From Lophium mytilinum (taxonomy: Eukaryota): DNA of 64,000 bases. How positions within the stretch are numbered: the first letter of the stretch is position 1; each line of letters starts with the position of its first letter. The stretch covers positions 2,046,001 through 2,110,000 of the forward strand of contig MU004181.1 in assembly GCA_010093605.1 (NCBI GenBank), read 5' to 3'. The notes under the pieces were generated by a model. It saw only the letters and a list, made by a program, of their open reading frames with translations. It was not told the origin of the DNA and ran no database searches. Shown here in pieces: positions 39,230-51,454 of this stretch. The position numbers were made by a program, and so were the translations under genes.

Positions 39230-40288
39230 TCAGATGTGTATGTGCGTTTTCTGAACCCTTTCACCATTCTTGTAAGCATCCAGCACGCTGTTTGCATTCT
39301 CCGCGGTCAAACCTTGCTTGACCGTAAACTTCAACGGCTTGATTTGGCCACTGGTTAAGTACTCCGGGGCTCTTTCCCAGAAAGCAAAACTAAGCTCAGG
39401 CTTAGCTTGAGATGACCCGAAGACACTGATCACTTCGAAGCCACCTTTCTTGCCCACTACTTTGCTTTCGTCAACTGGGCCGGTGGGTACAAGTCTCGCG
39501 AATTTGCCTTTCTTGCTGCTCGACAGTGCATTCAACCCCAGAAGCTGGCCGCCGGGAGGGTTGACGGCGTCGAACGCGTAGACCAGGTCGTCACCAACCA
39601 CTTTACGGATCCTCTCCAGGACTGCTTCATCTCCGCCATGCCGATCGAGGACTTTGGTGGCGCCATAACCCTTCAATTCTTCTTCAGATCCGCCCACACT
39701 AACAATCGTGCCGATACCCGCCACTTTAGCCAGCTGGACAGCAAACCTACCGCAATTACTCCCACCACCAAGAATCAGAAGCGTAGCGCCTTTGTAGTCA
39801 AACGTTTTCGCTGCCTCCGTCCACGGGGCCGGTATCCCAAGCCCCGCCGTGCCATCGAAAAGGCCGACCAGCGACGCAATCAGATTAGTCGGCAAAGTTG
39901 CCGCTTCATCATCGGTAATCGAATCTGGAATCTTGAACCCAGCCCCAATGTCGTTAGTCGCGTACTCTTGCAGCCCGTTCTGCGGATACGTCTTCAAGCC
40001 GAATGCTGGATGCGAGAGGACGCGGTCGCCGATCTGGTACTTGGTGACCCCGGGCCCGAGCGCTACGACCGTACCAGTAACGTCGTTGGTCAGGACGGCT
40101 GGGAGGTTTCCAGCGATGAAGAGACCCTCGCCGCGAGCTTTCTCGTCGTGGGGGTTGAAGCCGGTGACGGTGACTCTGAGTAGGACTTGGTCTGGGCCGG
40201 GCTGGGGGACTGGGCGGTCTGTGACGAGGGAGAGTGGTTTGCCCACTTCGGTGACTACTAGGGCTTTTTGAGTCGTTGGCGGTGCCAT
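39230..40288 (-). CDS. MDR-family (enoyl-reductase-like) NAD(P)-dependent oxidoreductase
   Basis: GroES-like N-terminus (NPHD, GTVVALGPGV), AATLP, LLILGGGSNCG Rossmann motif. Confidence 0.9.
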   Translation of the reverse strand: MAPPTTQKALVVTEVGKPLSLVTDRPVPQPGPDQVLLRVTVTGFNPHDEKARGEGLFIAGNLPAVLTNDVTGTVVALGPGVTKYQIGDRVLSHPAFGLKTYPQNGLQEYATNDIGAGFKIPDSITDDEAATLPTNLIASLVGLFDGTAGLGIPAPWTEAAKTFDYKGATLLILGGGSNCGRFAVQLAKVAGIGTIVSVGGSEEELKGYGATKVLDRHGGDEAVLERIRKVVGDDLVYAFDAVNPPGGQLLGLNALSSSKKGKFARLVPTGPVDESKVVGKKGGFEVISVFGSSQAKPELSFAFWERAPEYLTSGQIKPLKFTVKQGLTAENANSVLDAYKNGERVQKTHIHI

Positions 40289-40710
40289 GATTGGGTTTGT
40301 TCTGGGGCGTATTTGTCTTGGAATATACTGTCAGTAGGTTTTGAACAGTTGAGAGATTTGAGCTTACCTGGCGGATTTGGCTTTATGCGTAGGGCGTTCC
40401 TTTCAAACAGTAGCACGGACAGCGATTGGTTCCTTTGCAAAGTTTGTTCTTTGCGGAGAGATTTTGAGACTATTGAAAATTAGAGCATGTGTTGGTCGGG
40501 AGACTTTATATATTGTTTGCTTATACAACCAGTGACGCTATTATTAATCGAGAACGCGCCATCCTTTGAAGCGGAGATATGTGGGTCGCGGATCTCCCGC
40601 GGACACGACGAAGCTTTTCTTGAGCGTGTTCGAAATGGTTCCGATACAACCAATGACGCTGTTAGTATTCGAGAACTCCCCATGATTTAAGGCGAAAGTA
40701 CGTTTGGTGG

Positions 40711-40893
40711 TACACTTGTCTGCCGCTGTTTGTGGTGCTTCAACACATTTTTGGAAATGTAGAAGACCTAGAACTTAGCCTTGCACTATCTGGAAACTTT
40801 CTTGAAGCACTCCAAGCAGTGGCAGCCAGGTGTACACTCGACCGCAAAAGATAGTTCTTGGTGAGTGTGCCACTTCTTTCATGCCCGGCGTGG
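40711..40893. repeat. Copy of the inverted-repeat element at 24959-25141
   Basis: Collinear similarity over ~180 bp including CGACCGCAAAAGATAG and TGAGTGTGCCACT. Confidence 0.9.
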
Positions 40894-41743
40894 TGGATTC
40901 CCCACGGAGGATCCGCGGGATCGCTATTTTACTCAGAGCAAGGTTGTGAGATTTTCAGTCAGCAACGATTGGACTATTTACCCAGTCAGTCACAACATTC
41001 GAAAGCGACAGCTATCAGTGCTCTATTCCAGCAAGGGCGGGTGCTAGTGGGTGTTGCTGTATGGACGAAAGTTCAGGGCAAGGTTAGCAGGCGCTGATTG
41101 GTCTCCCGCAGGAGCTAACCAGTCTCCTGCACTTGTTGGTAATGCGAGATATATACTCAAGCGCGCGTTGACACTAATCTATCTCAATCCATTACCTAGC
41201 AAGTTTCGTTTGCATTTCACATCATAGTTTGGATGCTTTGATATCCAAGTAGTTAATTTCGAAAAACTGGCCGTATCTGCGGAGCAGCCTCCAATCTTGT
41301 ACAATTTGCCTGATGTGTATCCCCATTCCAAGAGATTATTTGTCGTAATGGAATTCCTCTCATGTTGAATATGGAGCTGCCTATAAACGCCGTAATACTC
41401 CAAAAACTCCTGGGACAACCTTTGGGACCGTAGTGGGAAGAGAAGCAAGATTAGAAAAACGAAACGCTACTAATGAGTAATGACGAGCTAACCCTTAGAA
41501 ACACAGACCGAAGGAACATAGAAATACGGAAATCGACGGACTGAGAATAAGGACCGAGATCTGTGAGTCCTGGGCATAGTCCTTCGCGTGAGCTACTCAG
41601 GGCTGAGTTTTGTAGATCCTGGATTTTGGGTACCGAATATTGTCGTTCATGCTTCATCCGGTGAAGGTCTCCATTTGGCTAACGGGAAACCTGAGCACTA
41701 TAGAAATGCACGCCCGTGTCGATTGAGGAGACGTTCTGCTGCT

Positions 41744-42820
41744 CTAATTACCCATGAAGCCCTGCGGTGCGGATCTCTGGCCAGGCGAACGTTTCGGGAT
41801 ATTCTGCTGATGATACGATCGTAGATGCTCGGTGAGATGGTCGCGTCGATTGAAGCCTCGAGGGCCTACACGGCTACACCTGTGAACAGTGCAGGGGAAT
41901 GGCTTGTCTTCGCTGTGCACGGTCGTCTGGTGCCGTTGGAGGTCCGCCAACCGGCCGAACAAAGCGTTGGAAGTGCAGCCTTCAATGTCGCATTTGAAGG
42001 TCGACTTCGGCTTCCTGGCCATTATTAGCTCGTAGATGCTGAAGAAAGAACAGTACCTACTCCTTCCCACTATTAGTTCTACTCGGTGTTTTGCTCTCGA
42101 GCTGTCCCGGCGAGGCTGCTGAAGGAGAGGGTGAATTCGAGTAATTAGCATTGCGCTCTTCTACTGCGTAGTTGTCGGGATGCTGCTCATTGTCCGGAAG
42201 CTGGATAGATGGCACATGTTGGTAGCTATAGGGAGAATAGTATGCATGGGATTGAGGGTCGCTGACGTGCGTCGCTGATGATGAGGGAGTATATGAGTTG
42301 CTGGACGTGTATGAAGGTGCCACAGAAAACGGATGGACAGGTTGTTCCGAGACGGGGTACGATTGGGGCTGTTGGTGCGGTTCTTGGTATGTGTAGGTGG
42401 GTGGAGCTAACGGAGATGCGCTCGATGGATTGTGCCCCCCCGGAGACAGGTAAGGTTGGCTTCTTGTGTGTCCGTGACTTGCTGGAGTGGAGGCGGTAGT
42501 CTGATAACTCTGGGTAGAGGTATGAGGCCATGTCGGCGTTGACTGTGCGACCCTGTGAGAATACACAGGAGGGGTTGTAGCTGCAGTATAATACGGTTGT
42601 CCAGATGTTGCGGGTTGGAGCGAACGTGAATAAGATGTGACTGCTGTCCCATGGCTTGAATCGTACGGGTTTTGCGGATGGGTAGAGGAACTGGGGCTTT
42701 GATTTGAAGCCTCATATCCAGCGCTTGGAGTAGCATGCCATTGCTAGTATCAATTAGCGGAGCTCAACAAGTCATGGACGCACGCACCATATAGCTTCCT
42801 GTGGGTTCTTGTGGCGACAT
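41744..42820 (-). CDS. C2H2 zinc-finger transcription factor, at least 2 introns
   Basis: FKCDIEGC..FGRLADLQRHQTTVH and FPCTVHRC..GFNRRDHLTEHLRSYH; S/P/Y-rich N-terminus. Start uncertain. Confidence 0.85.
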
Positions 42821-44455
42821 TGGAGATACGGCGGCAGTCTGGTTACGGATCCTATTTGTCCCATGAGAGTGAGGTAGATTGCCGAGCTTATGCTAGTGAT
42901 GTCAGAAAGGTGAAGCCTCAATGCATTAATGCCCAAGCAGTGGGATCGTACAGCCTTGTTTAGTACTTGGGCGCGTTTGTTGCTTCGAGTGATAGCGAAC
43001 CACCCAATGCTCATATTTATGAATCACGTCCCGTCCTTCAAAAACGCCCGTTCAAGAGCTTAGTTGTCTTGCCCTCCGTGTGACATCGTAGCACCAGGTA
43101 CATCCTTGAATAGTTTGCCTTCTGGAGGGAAATAAACATCACCATCTACGCTTTTGCTCAGTATGCCTCAACGTCGAGGCAGAAACGGCGCCCAAAGACC
43201 GGAACAGAGGGACAGAATCAGACCGCAGTCAATTGTTACCAGGGCGGTGGGATCTAGGTACTGAGAGCGAATTGACACGTTTTGCTCTCAGAAAGACCTG
43301 TGGGCTGCCGGACGAACTGGGATCGTGACTCCCAAGCTCCCGCGACGTACAGCCTCGTGAAAATGAGAGGAGGAGAATTGACGGGGGATACGGGAAGGAA
43401 AATGAGGCGGCTGGTGGCTGCATGTAGTGAAAGTAAAGCTGCGGATTTCTATGCCTAGTTGATGGACGTGGCACTACTCACTACCAAAGACGGTCGAAAG
43501 TGCAGATGCGGACGAATGATGGAATACAGCCTCACCTCTTACAGCAGTACACGTAGAGATTCTAAATCAGGACGCCGCAGAAGGAAAGCCACTCGAGAAC
43601 CGACATGCGCCGCCTGACTAGAAACGGAATTCTGGTCGTCACACCTCGAGGAATACTGACTTCAAAGGGCCCAAGGCTGAGGGCTCCGACAGGCGGTGAG
43701 CGCGGGGCCTTGCCGATTGACTCCTGCTTTGAACAATACCATGGCCACAGAGGAAAGAAGCAGAGATCCGGACATTGTTAGGCGAGGGGAAGGCGACCGG
43801 TGAGTTCGCGGACCGTGATGCCTGAAAATCAGGGCGAAGAAGGCCACGAGAGGGCGCCGGATTCATATATCTTTGAAAGCCGATCGACGTCTACGTGGAC
43901 GACTGTGATTGCTGGAGAGGGCTGTGAAGGATTGAGGAGATGCGGCTTGCATTTGGTTGCCTGTTTTGCCTTCAAGATTACCCCCACATGTAGCCTTGTC
44001 AAGCAGAATTGGCAGAGGCGGAGCCAAGGCTGTGCCAGCTAGTTGAAGCCAGAATGAGCCATGTGAAAGCCTCTCGAGATCAAATCACACCGATATGTCA
44101 AGCCTACGGTAGTGCTGTCACAGGAGCGTACCAGTGAAGACAAGGCTATCCACACAATGCATGGAGTATCCGCTTCTACTGAAGTTTAGCCAACTTATGA
44201 GTGGGAGCGATAAGAAATCTAGGGTTAGTGGCGGCGCGAAATGTCCACGAGCACAAGCTTGAGTCTCGTGGATTCTGCAGGTATCAGAATGAAGTGGGAG
44301 TAGCGAACAAAGTCACGCTTTGGAGAAGCTATCAACACCAACTAAAGCTCATGATAGGGCTCTTTGCATAACTACCTTAATTCCTACAAGGATTGACACT
44401 CCGCTGACCTTCTGGGGCTGCAGAGTCTTACCATCGGTCACGTGACTTGACGCCA

Positions 44456-46523
44456 CTACAGCTCGTCTTCCAAGAACTTGTAGGCGAATCGGAAGTCTGC
44501 CTTCCGCCGATTCATCCTAGAAAAGAGTCAGCTGCGATTCCCATGCGGTAATGGAAAAAATAGAATGAAAGATAGCGTACCATGTGCTCTCGTAGTCGAA
44601 GAACCTGTAAGTCCCCTGCTCGTAGTCTTCCGTGATTGACTTCGGCTCTTCGTGTCGTTGGAACCATGTCTGGTATTGCTTGTGGAATCGCCAACTCTGC
44701 AACTTGAGCGCCTTAGCGGCAAGATATTGCTGGTAGGTGCCTTGACGGTAATAGAAAGCATAAAACAGAGCATCGGTCTCGATCCTCGAATATAGCCTCG
44801 GGTCATCGAATATCGGTAATGGCTCCTGGGGATAGTGAGGAGGGGTGAACGGGTATGGGTTCGCCGGCTTGTAGTGTCGTGGTGCTTCTGCGTCAACAGA
44901 GTCTGGTGCGGTCCTCATAGATATTTCCAGCGCATTGTCATTTTGCGGCCTTGATGAAGAAGTGATGTCCTTCTTCGTCGCTTCGAAGGACTCGAGAAGG
45001 TCTTGTAGACTGGAGGGTAGATGATAGACTGATTCCTCCTCCTCCTCGTCAGCGTGCGATTCTCCATTGGTTAGCGGTGGTGTTGTCGACTGTGAGTCGT
45101 CCTCTTCAAAGCCTGACGTCTTCCTACTCGGTGAGGCTCGAACAGCATCGTCCGCCGATGTCACCCTCGACAAACTCTCTGACTTCTCCGCCGCCGGTGT
45201 ACCAGTTCCTGCGCTCGGAGCAGCAGCACTTGCAAGGCTCGGCGCAGGTGATCTCGATGACGTCTGGGTAGCAGGCGCTTGCTCTGCAAAGGGAGCAGCT
45301 GCTCGCTGTGCGGGCTGGGGATGTGTAGATGCAGGTGAGGTAGTCGCGCTTGTCCGGGCGCCAGATGGAGCTAGGCCGTTGGATGTTTGTGCTGGAGGCA
45401 TCCCAGGTGGAGGAGGTAGAGGTGCTATCCCTACGCCGTTCTTGTCGCTTGCCGCCGCCGCTGCTGCCGCTGATGCGTACTTTAAGGGTTCTCTCGTTGG
45501 TATAGGTGCGGGTTTCATATTCGCTGTAGAAGTTCCACTCGTGACGTTCGGTAGCGGTGTGTGTAGAGTAGCTAGGGCAGGTAATGGTGACTTGAGTTGT
45601 GTGGATGGCCTTCGGGCGCCTGTTGTTGGAGGTTCAGTCGACTTTGGTTTCCCGCCGCCTATACTTAACGACCGCTCTTGATCTGGTAGGTCATCTTGTA
45701 TCGACTGTGCATCTTGCGAGGAAACCCGATCTCCTTCGTTGCCCAAGCCGTAGAGACCCTCCTCTTCTTGTAGATTCAGATCGTCGTAGATGCCATCGTC
45801 CTCCATGAAATCGACTTCTTGGTTGTTCTCCACGTAGTACCTGATGCTCTCGTCCAAGTCTCGAACCTGGTCCGTTTCCACGCCGCCGTTCTCGAGCGCT
45901 CGTAGTAGTAATTCCAGTTTCCCCTGATGCCATTTATGCCGTTCTGTCACCCGCTCGAGCTCCGCTATCCGATCCGCCTTCGACGTGTCCGCCTTCTTCC
46001 CCTTCTTCATTGTGACCTGCAGCGACTCCGTCTCAGCCTCGATGGTTTCGATCTGCCGTTCGAGCTCTTCGACCATGGCCGATAAGAACTCCACGGCTTC
46101 TAGCTTCTCTTTCTCCTTTGGGTCGAGTTTGGACGCTAGTTGTAGGCCCTCTTTCGAATATGCTTTGGTCTTCATCTCCTTTTCCACGGCCTTGAACTTC
46201 TCCATTTGCTAGGACGAGGTCAGTGACGGCTCCGGGGCTCTAACGCGGGGAGCAATTGGAGGACGTACTGTCTCAATTAGTTTCCGTTGTTCCATCAGCG
46301 GCTTCTTGTCTTTGATGTCGTTCATGGCGGCCCATGTCTTGATCTGGTCGCGGGACCGCTGTAGCTTCTTGATCTCCTTCTTCAGCGCATCCTCCAGCTT
46401 CTCCTTCTGCGAGGGATTTGTAGTTTGCTGGATTTTTTCATAGATGCTCTCAAAGGCCTGTACGCCTTCACTGACTTTCTTGAAGCACTTCTCGACCTCG
46501 TTCATGAGCTTTCGAGCAGCCAT
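44456..46523 (-). CDS. NOT3: CCR4-NOT subunit Not3/Not5, 2 introns
   Basis: [39 protein letters not shown] and NOT-box [19 protein letters not shown]. Confidence 0.96.
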
Positions 46524-46940
46524 GGCGACTGGCTAGCCTCGCGCGAGACGGGCAGAGCTCGGAACCGAGTGGGGTGGTTCTGTGTAATATATGGAATTAG
46601 CAGCGGCTCAGCTATCAGGCGGGCACGCTGGCTACGGTGATGGAGGTGTTCGTGGTGTTGTGATTGTTCGCGGGTGGATGCGTGAGGTCGTGGTGTCTCT
46701 GGCCGCAAGTGGAAGCCACGCTAAGACGCGCCAAGCTTTATGATCTACCGCTTTCCATGCGGTCCACCCTTCACCACGGGGAAACCTCCATCTCCGTCAT
46801 CTCAGTCACTATGTTGCGCTAGCAATGCGGTGAGGCCTGAAAACACTGCGGCAACAGCCTTTGTATAGTCTTGTACTCTATGGACCACAAGTGAACCACC
46901 GCAATCACATCACTCTCCCCACATAAAACTCTCCGCCAGC

Positions 46941-47752
46941 ATGAGAAGCAAGCATCACGAACTCCGTACCACGGCGGTCCCGAGCTAACCGGAACCAGCG
47001 GTTATACAGCGCGTCAAGTCCGCCTCCGTCACGGTCGATGGGACACTAATATCTTCCATCAGCAAAGGCATCCTGGTCCTGGCCGCCATCTCCAAGGACG
47101 ACACCGCGAAAGATGTCGAGTCCATGGCCGGGAAGGTCCTGAAGCTAAAGCTGTGGGATGATGATGAAGGCGGTCGCGTAAGTCACGCCTTTGAGGTGCT
47201 CTAGCATGCCCTGGGGCTCATTATGGGTAGTGGAAGCGGAACGTCATGGACATTGGAGGAGAGGTGCTGTGTGGTACGAACCGCTACTCTCGCATGTTTA
47301 TCACTAAGTTGACCGGCATGCTTTCAGTCTCTCAGTTCACCCTTCTCGCCTCCACCAAGAAGGGGAACAAGCCAGACTTCCGGCAGTCTGCAGCTGGAGT
47401 AAAGGCAAAGGAGCTCTATCAGTCCTTCTTCAAACAAGTGCAAGAGCTACACGAGCCAGACAAAGTCAAAGATGGCATATTCGCCGCCATGATGGATGTC
47501 ACGCTATGCAATGACGGGCCGGTAGGTATAGACTTCAACTGCATGGATGGCGAGGTAAACCCTCATGAGCGTCCCTCGAAAACAAAGTACTGATGTTTTG
47601 CTGTCCCACAGGTCACCATCCAGATCGATACCGATCCTCCTAAAATGGAGAACCCAAGCGGCCTAGATAAGGTGGATCTAGACCCGGACTTGGTCGGCAA
47701 TCTCACCAAGATCGTAAAAGAGTTTCAAATACCCGCGGAGCTCCTCGAGTAG
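46941..47752 (+). CDS. DTD1: D-aminoacyl-tRNA deacylase, multi-intron (first intron GC-AG, 46948-46998)
   Basis: VIQRVKSASV, SQFTL, KGNKPDF and NDGPV motifs. Confidence 0.93.
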
Positions 47753-48372
47753 ATTCTAGTGCACCTTAATGGATACCAACTACTAACGCCAAATTGAATC
47801 GAGGTTTTGGCAAGACTTGCCATATTCTAGACTATACTTCAATGTAAACCCAATGATATCATATATATAGACCAACAAATTTTCAGACATTAGAAGCCGT
47901 ACAATATATCATATCTGGGCCAGCTTCTCGTGTCGTGCTGTACCCTTTGTACAAAAGCTTCGAGAGAAAGAGCTAGATCACCTGAGACATCAAAATGGCT
48001 ATTCCTCTTGCTCGTTAGGTGAACTCTGACCTTAGAACCTTAATGAAACGACGTAGGAAATTACCCCTCATATGCCCCTCCACAGCCATGTAGAGGTATA
48101 GTTGGGACGAAACGAGACCTCATTAACCTAGGAGAAACCTGTACCACTCTCCTTGGGCCTTTAAAGATGAGTCTATTCATAGATATGGTAGATGACCTCA
48201 CTTAATAGTGCATCGGAAATGCTCCATTTCTAGCCTCATCGAAATCTTGGCGATCGTGGAACCTTCTGGTGGCTTAAGCTTCACAAAAACCTCCAACCTC
48301 CAACCTCTCCAACTTTCGAAACCCTCCACTTCTAACAACTCAAGTACTTGTTCCGCCTAGACAACTTCTAGT

Positions 48373-49774
48373 ATGGCTTCCAGCGCTCCAGGTGAGCTCG
48401 AGTACCACCCTGCAATCTCCTATTCAGGCATTAATCGAGAGGCAGAACGCAGTCGTGTGTTCTTCGATATTCAGATCGGCAATCAAGAGGTCGGCAGGGT
48501 AGCTTTTGAGCTGGTAAGCTGTCCCTCAGCACGTTTGATTGCATATCCAATTACTAAGACTCGCACAGTACAATGACAGTGAGAACAAACCTCCCCTCCC
48601 TCCACAGACTCGATCTGACCCGCAATGCAGTCGTCCCCAAAACCGCGGAGAACTTCCGCGCCCTATGCACCGGCGAGAAAGGCATTGGCAAATCTGGCAA
48701 GCCGCTACACTTCAAGGGCTCTGGATTCCACCGAGTCATAAAGCAGTTCATGATCCAGGGCGGTGATTTCACCATGGGTAATGGCACGGGAGGAGAGTCC
48801 ATATACGGGGAAAAATTCGAGGACGAGAACTTCGCCCTGAAGCACGAGAAGCCCTTCCTGCTATCCATGGCGAATGCAGGCCCAGGTAAAGTTAAACAAC
48901 GGAGTCCGGGTATCTTCTACTTACCAGGCTGCAGGCACCAACGGCTCGCAGTTCTTCGTTACTACGGTCCCAACACCCCACCTAGACAAGAAGCACGTCG
49001 TCTTTGGCGAAGTCATCAGCGGCAAGAGCATCGTGCGGCAGATTGAGAATCTCAATACCCACAATGGTGACAAGCCCGTCGCGGACGCCACAATTATCGG
49101 TACATTGATACCCCACTCCAACTACCTAAGTGCACAGACTTTGCTCTAACACACTCCTAGACTGCGGCGAGCTCAAAGGCGCCGACTACACCAAGTGCAC
49201 TGAAAAGACGCCTGACTCTACCGGCGACCCCTTCGAGGACTACCCCGAAGACCAGGCCACGCCGGAAAAGGAGCTCACGGGCGCCGAAATCGTGAAAATC
49301 GCTTCCACTCTCAAGGACCTTGGCAACACCGCTTTCAAAGCCGGCAAACTGAAGCTCGGGCTCGCAAAGTACCAAAAGGGGCTCCGCTACTTGCACGAGT
49401 ACCCGGAACCGCTCGACTCGGACCCCCCGGAGCTGGGCAAGCAGCTGTCGGCGCTGAAGTTCAGTCTGCACAACAATTCAGCTCTCATGCAGTACAAGCT
49501 GCACGACTACGTCAGCGCGGATTCCAGCGCGACCAAGGCGCTCGAGGTACCGGGCGCGACGAAGGCGGAGAAGGGCAAGGCGTACTTCCGGCGCGCGCTG
49601 GCCCGGGCGAGCAAGAAGAACGATGAGGAGGCGGTTGCGGATCTCGAGGCTGCGGCGAAGTGCGTGCCTGGTGATGTGGCGGTAGCGAAGGAGCTCAAGG
49701 TTGTGAAGGATCGACTGGTGGAGCGGAAGAAGAGGGAGAAGGCGGCGTACAAGAACGCGTTCAACTTTGATTGA
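48373..49774 (+). CDS. CPR6: Cyclophilin-40 / PPIase D (cyclophilin + TPR), multi-intron with a 10-nt micro-exon
   Basis: [40 protein letters not shown]-terminal TPR helices. Confidence 0.95.
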
Positions 49775-50399
49775 GGTAACGCGAGCCGTAGGCCAGACTG
49801 GAGGAGTTGGATGCAGCAGTGGAGTCGAAAATTCGAGAAGCGGGATGAATAGTGGCTTGATAGCCAGTAACTCAAAAAAGTGGAATAATCATGGGCAACA
49901 TAGTCTTCAAGGCATGCATGATTGATTTGTGAGTGAGCTAAAAGATTAGGCCCGGGTTTGAGAAACACCGGTCTTCTCAGATTCGTTCGCTCGGTATGAC
50001 AATATCACTCACATATACAAGATACGTACCGCTCGTCTATCTGTCATCTTTTCTCTACTATTCATGTCAGCGGAAACCAGTACGACAACCGATTTTACTA
50101 GAAGCTTAAGAACCCCAAGAAACGGTCGTGCCTTTGCCGACAAGCGATGATGCGCCGTTGAACAGAACCCCCGAGGCATCAGCACGACCGCAATGGAATA
50201 ATATAAACCGCTGGTCCGTGTGTACACGGCTCCAAATTGCTCCCAGGTTTATCCCCGCCCACCAGAGAGTGGGTTTAATCCTAAGGCTGAGGCCTTTATT
50301 TTTCGGTGGAGCAGAAAGTCAGAAACTAAATGCCTCATACACCAAGTCGCGGAATGGCCGAAACAAAGGTTTTATCAGGACGACTGGGAAGAGCAACTC

Positions 50400-50950
50400 G
50401 AAAGTCAAAGCTGTAGGAACTAGACTGCCTCGTACCCAACTACCTCCCTCGCACTTAGTCCCCTCCTGACAGTGCCATCGCAGCGCCTAATTGGAGCCTA
50501 AGCAGTAGTAATCCATGTACTATATTTCCAGCTCTCCAAACACGACATAAAAGTCGAAGCGGTAGGAACCAGACTGCCTCTTACCCGACTACCTCCCTCC
50601 CATTCAGTTCCCTCCTTACAGTGTCATCCCGCGCGCCAAATGCGAGCCTGAGTAGTGGAATTCCTGTGTATTAGCTTTCCAGCTCTTGAAAATGATGCAG
50701 AAGTCGAAGCTGTAGAAATCGGACTTCCTTCTGCTCAACCTACCTTCCTAGCCTCAGTGCCATCCTCACAGCGTTATTCCGCTCGCAAGAGCCCGGCCAT
50801 AGTAGTACAAGTCACATCGCCACTCAAAAGACAACACCAAACGCAATACCGACGTCAACGCTGTAGAAATCAGACATCCTCCTGTCTACCTCCCTCCCTC
50901 CCCTCCATTCCACTTCTTACACTTTTATCCCGCTCGCAAAAGCCTAGCCA
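50400..50950 (+). repeat. Four degenerate ~150-bp tandem units
   Basis: AAGTC(A/G)AAGC(T/G)GTAG(G/A)AA..AGAC...CTACCTCCCT recurs at about 50402, 50551, 50701 and 50851. Confidence 0.85.
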
Positions 50951-51454
50951 AAGCAGCACAACTCGAATACCAACTCAAGGCAACACCAATCACCGACAAC
51001 CCAGCAATCTCAACCACCTTCAGCCCCCTCCACACCCCCCTTCCAAAAATCCATACCTGCCCACCCATGCCAGCACCGATCCGATCCGATAGATCATCCG
51101 AGAACCCCCCTGTCCCAAGGTCCCTCCCCGTCCCTCTCCCATCAGGATCACATCCCTTACCCTAGCTCCACTCAGCGCCGTCCTCAAAATCTCGCAAACA
51201 AAATGGCCTGATGTGCTAGGCTAGCTCCCCGCCCTGCATGCCACTAGTTTCGGCCTTCGCCACAGCTTTTCTCGGCTCGCTAGGCGGATTTCGTGCAGCG
51301 GCTATGTGGGGCTGCTAGCTTGTGGTTGCTAGCGGCGGTGGAATTCTTCTTTTTTCTTTCCTCTTTTGCACACGGACGATTTTGGAGAGCGGGGACGGAG
51401 GTAACTCCGGGGTGAATAGGGGATGGGAGAATGCGGTGTTGGTGTGCACATCGC

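Noticed and set aside
50100..50400. PAM2-like peptides (LQIAPRFIP, FNPKAEAFIF)
   Set aside because: In different frames with no coherent gene model; at most a pseudogene remnant.
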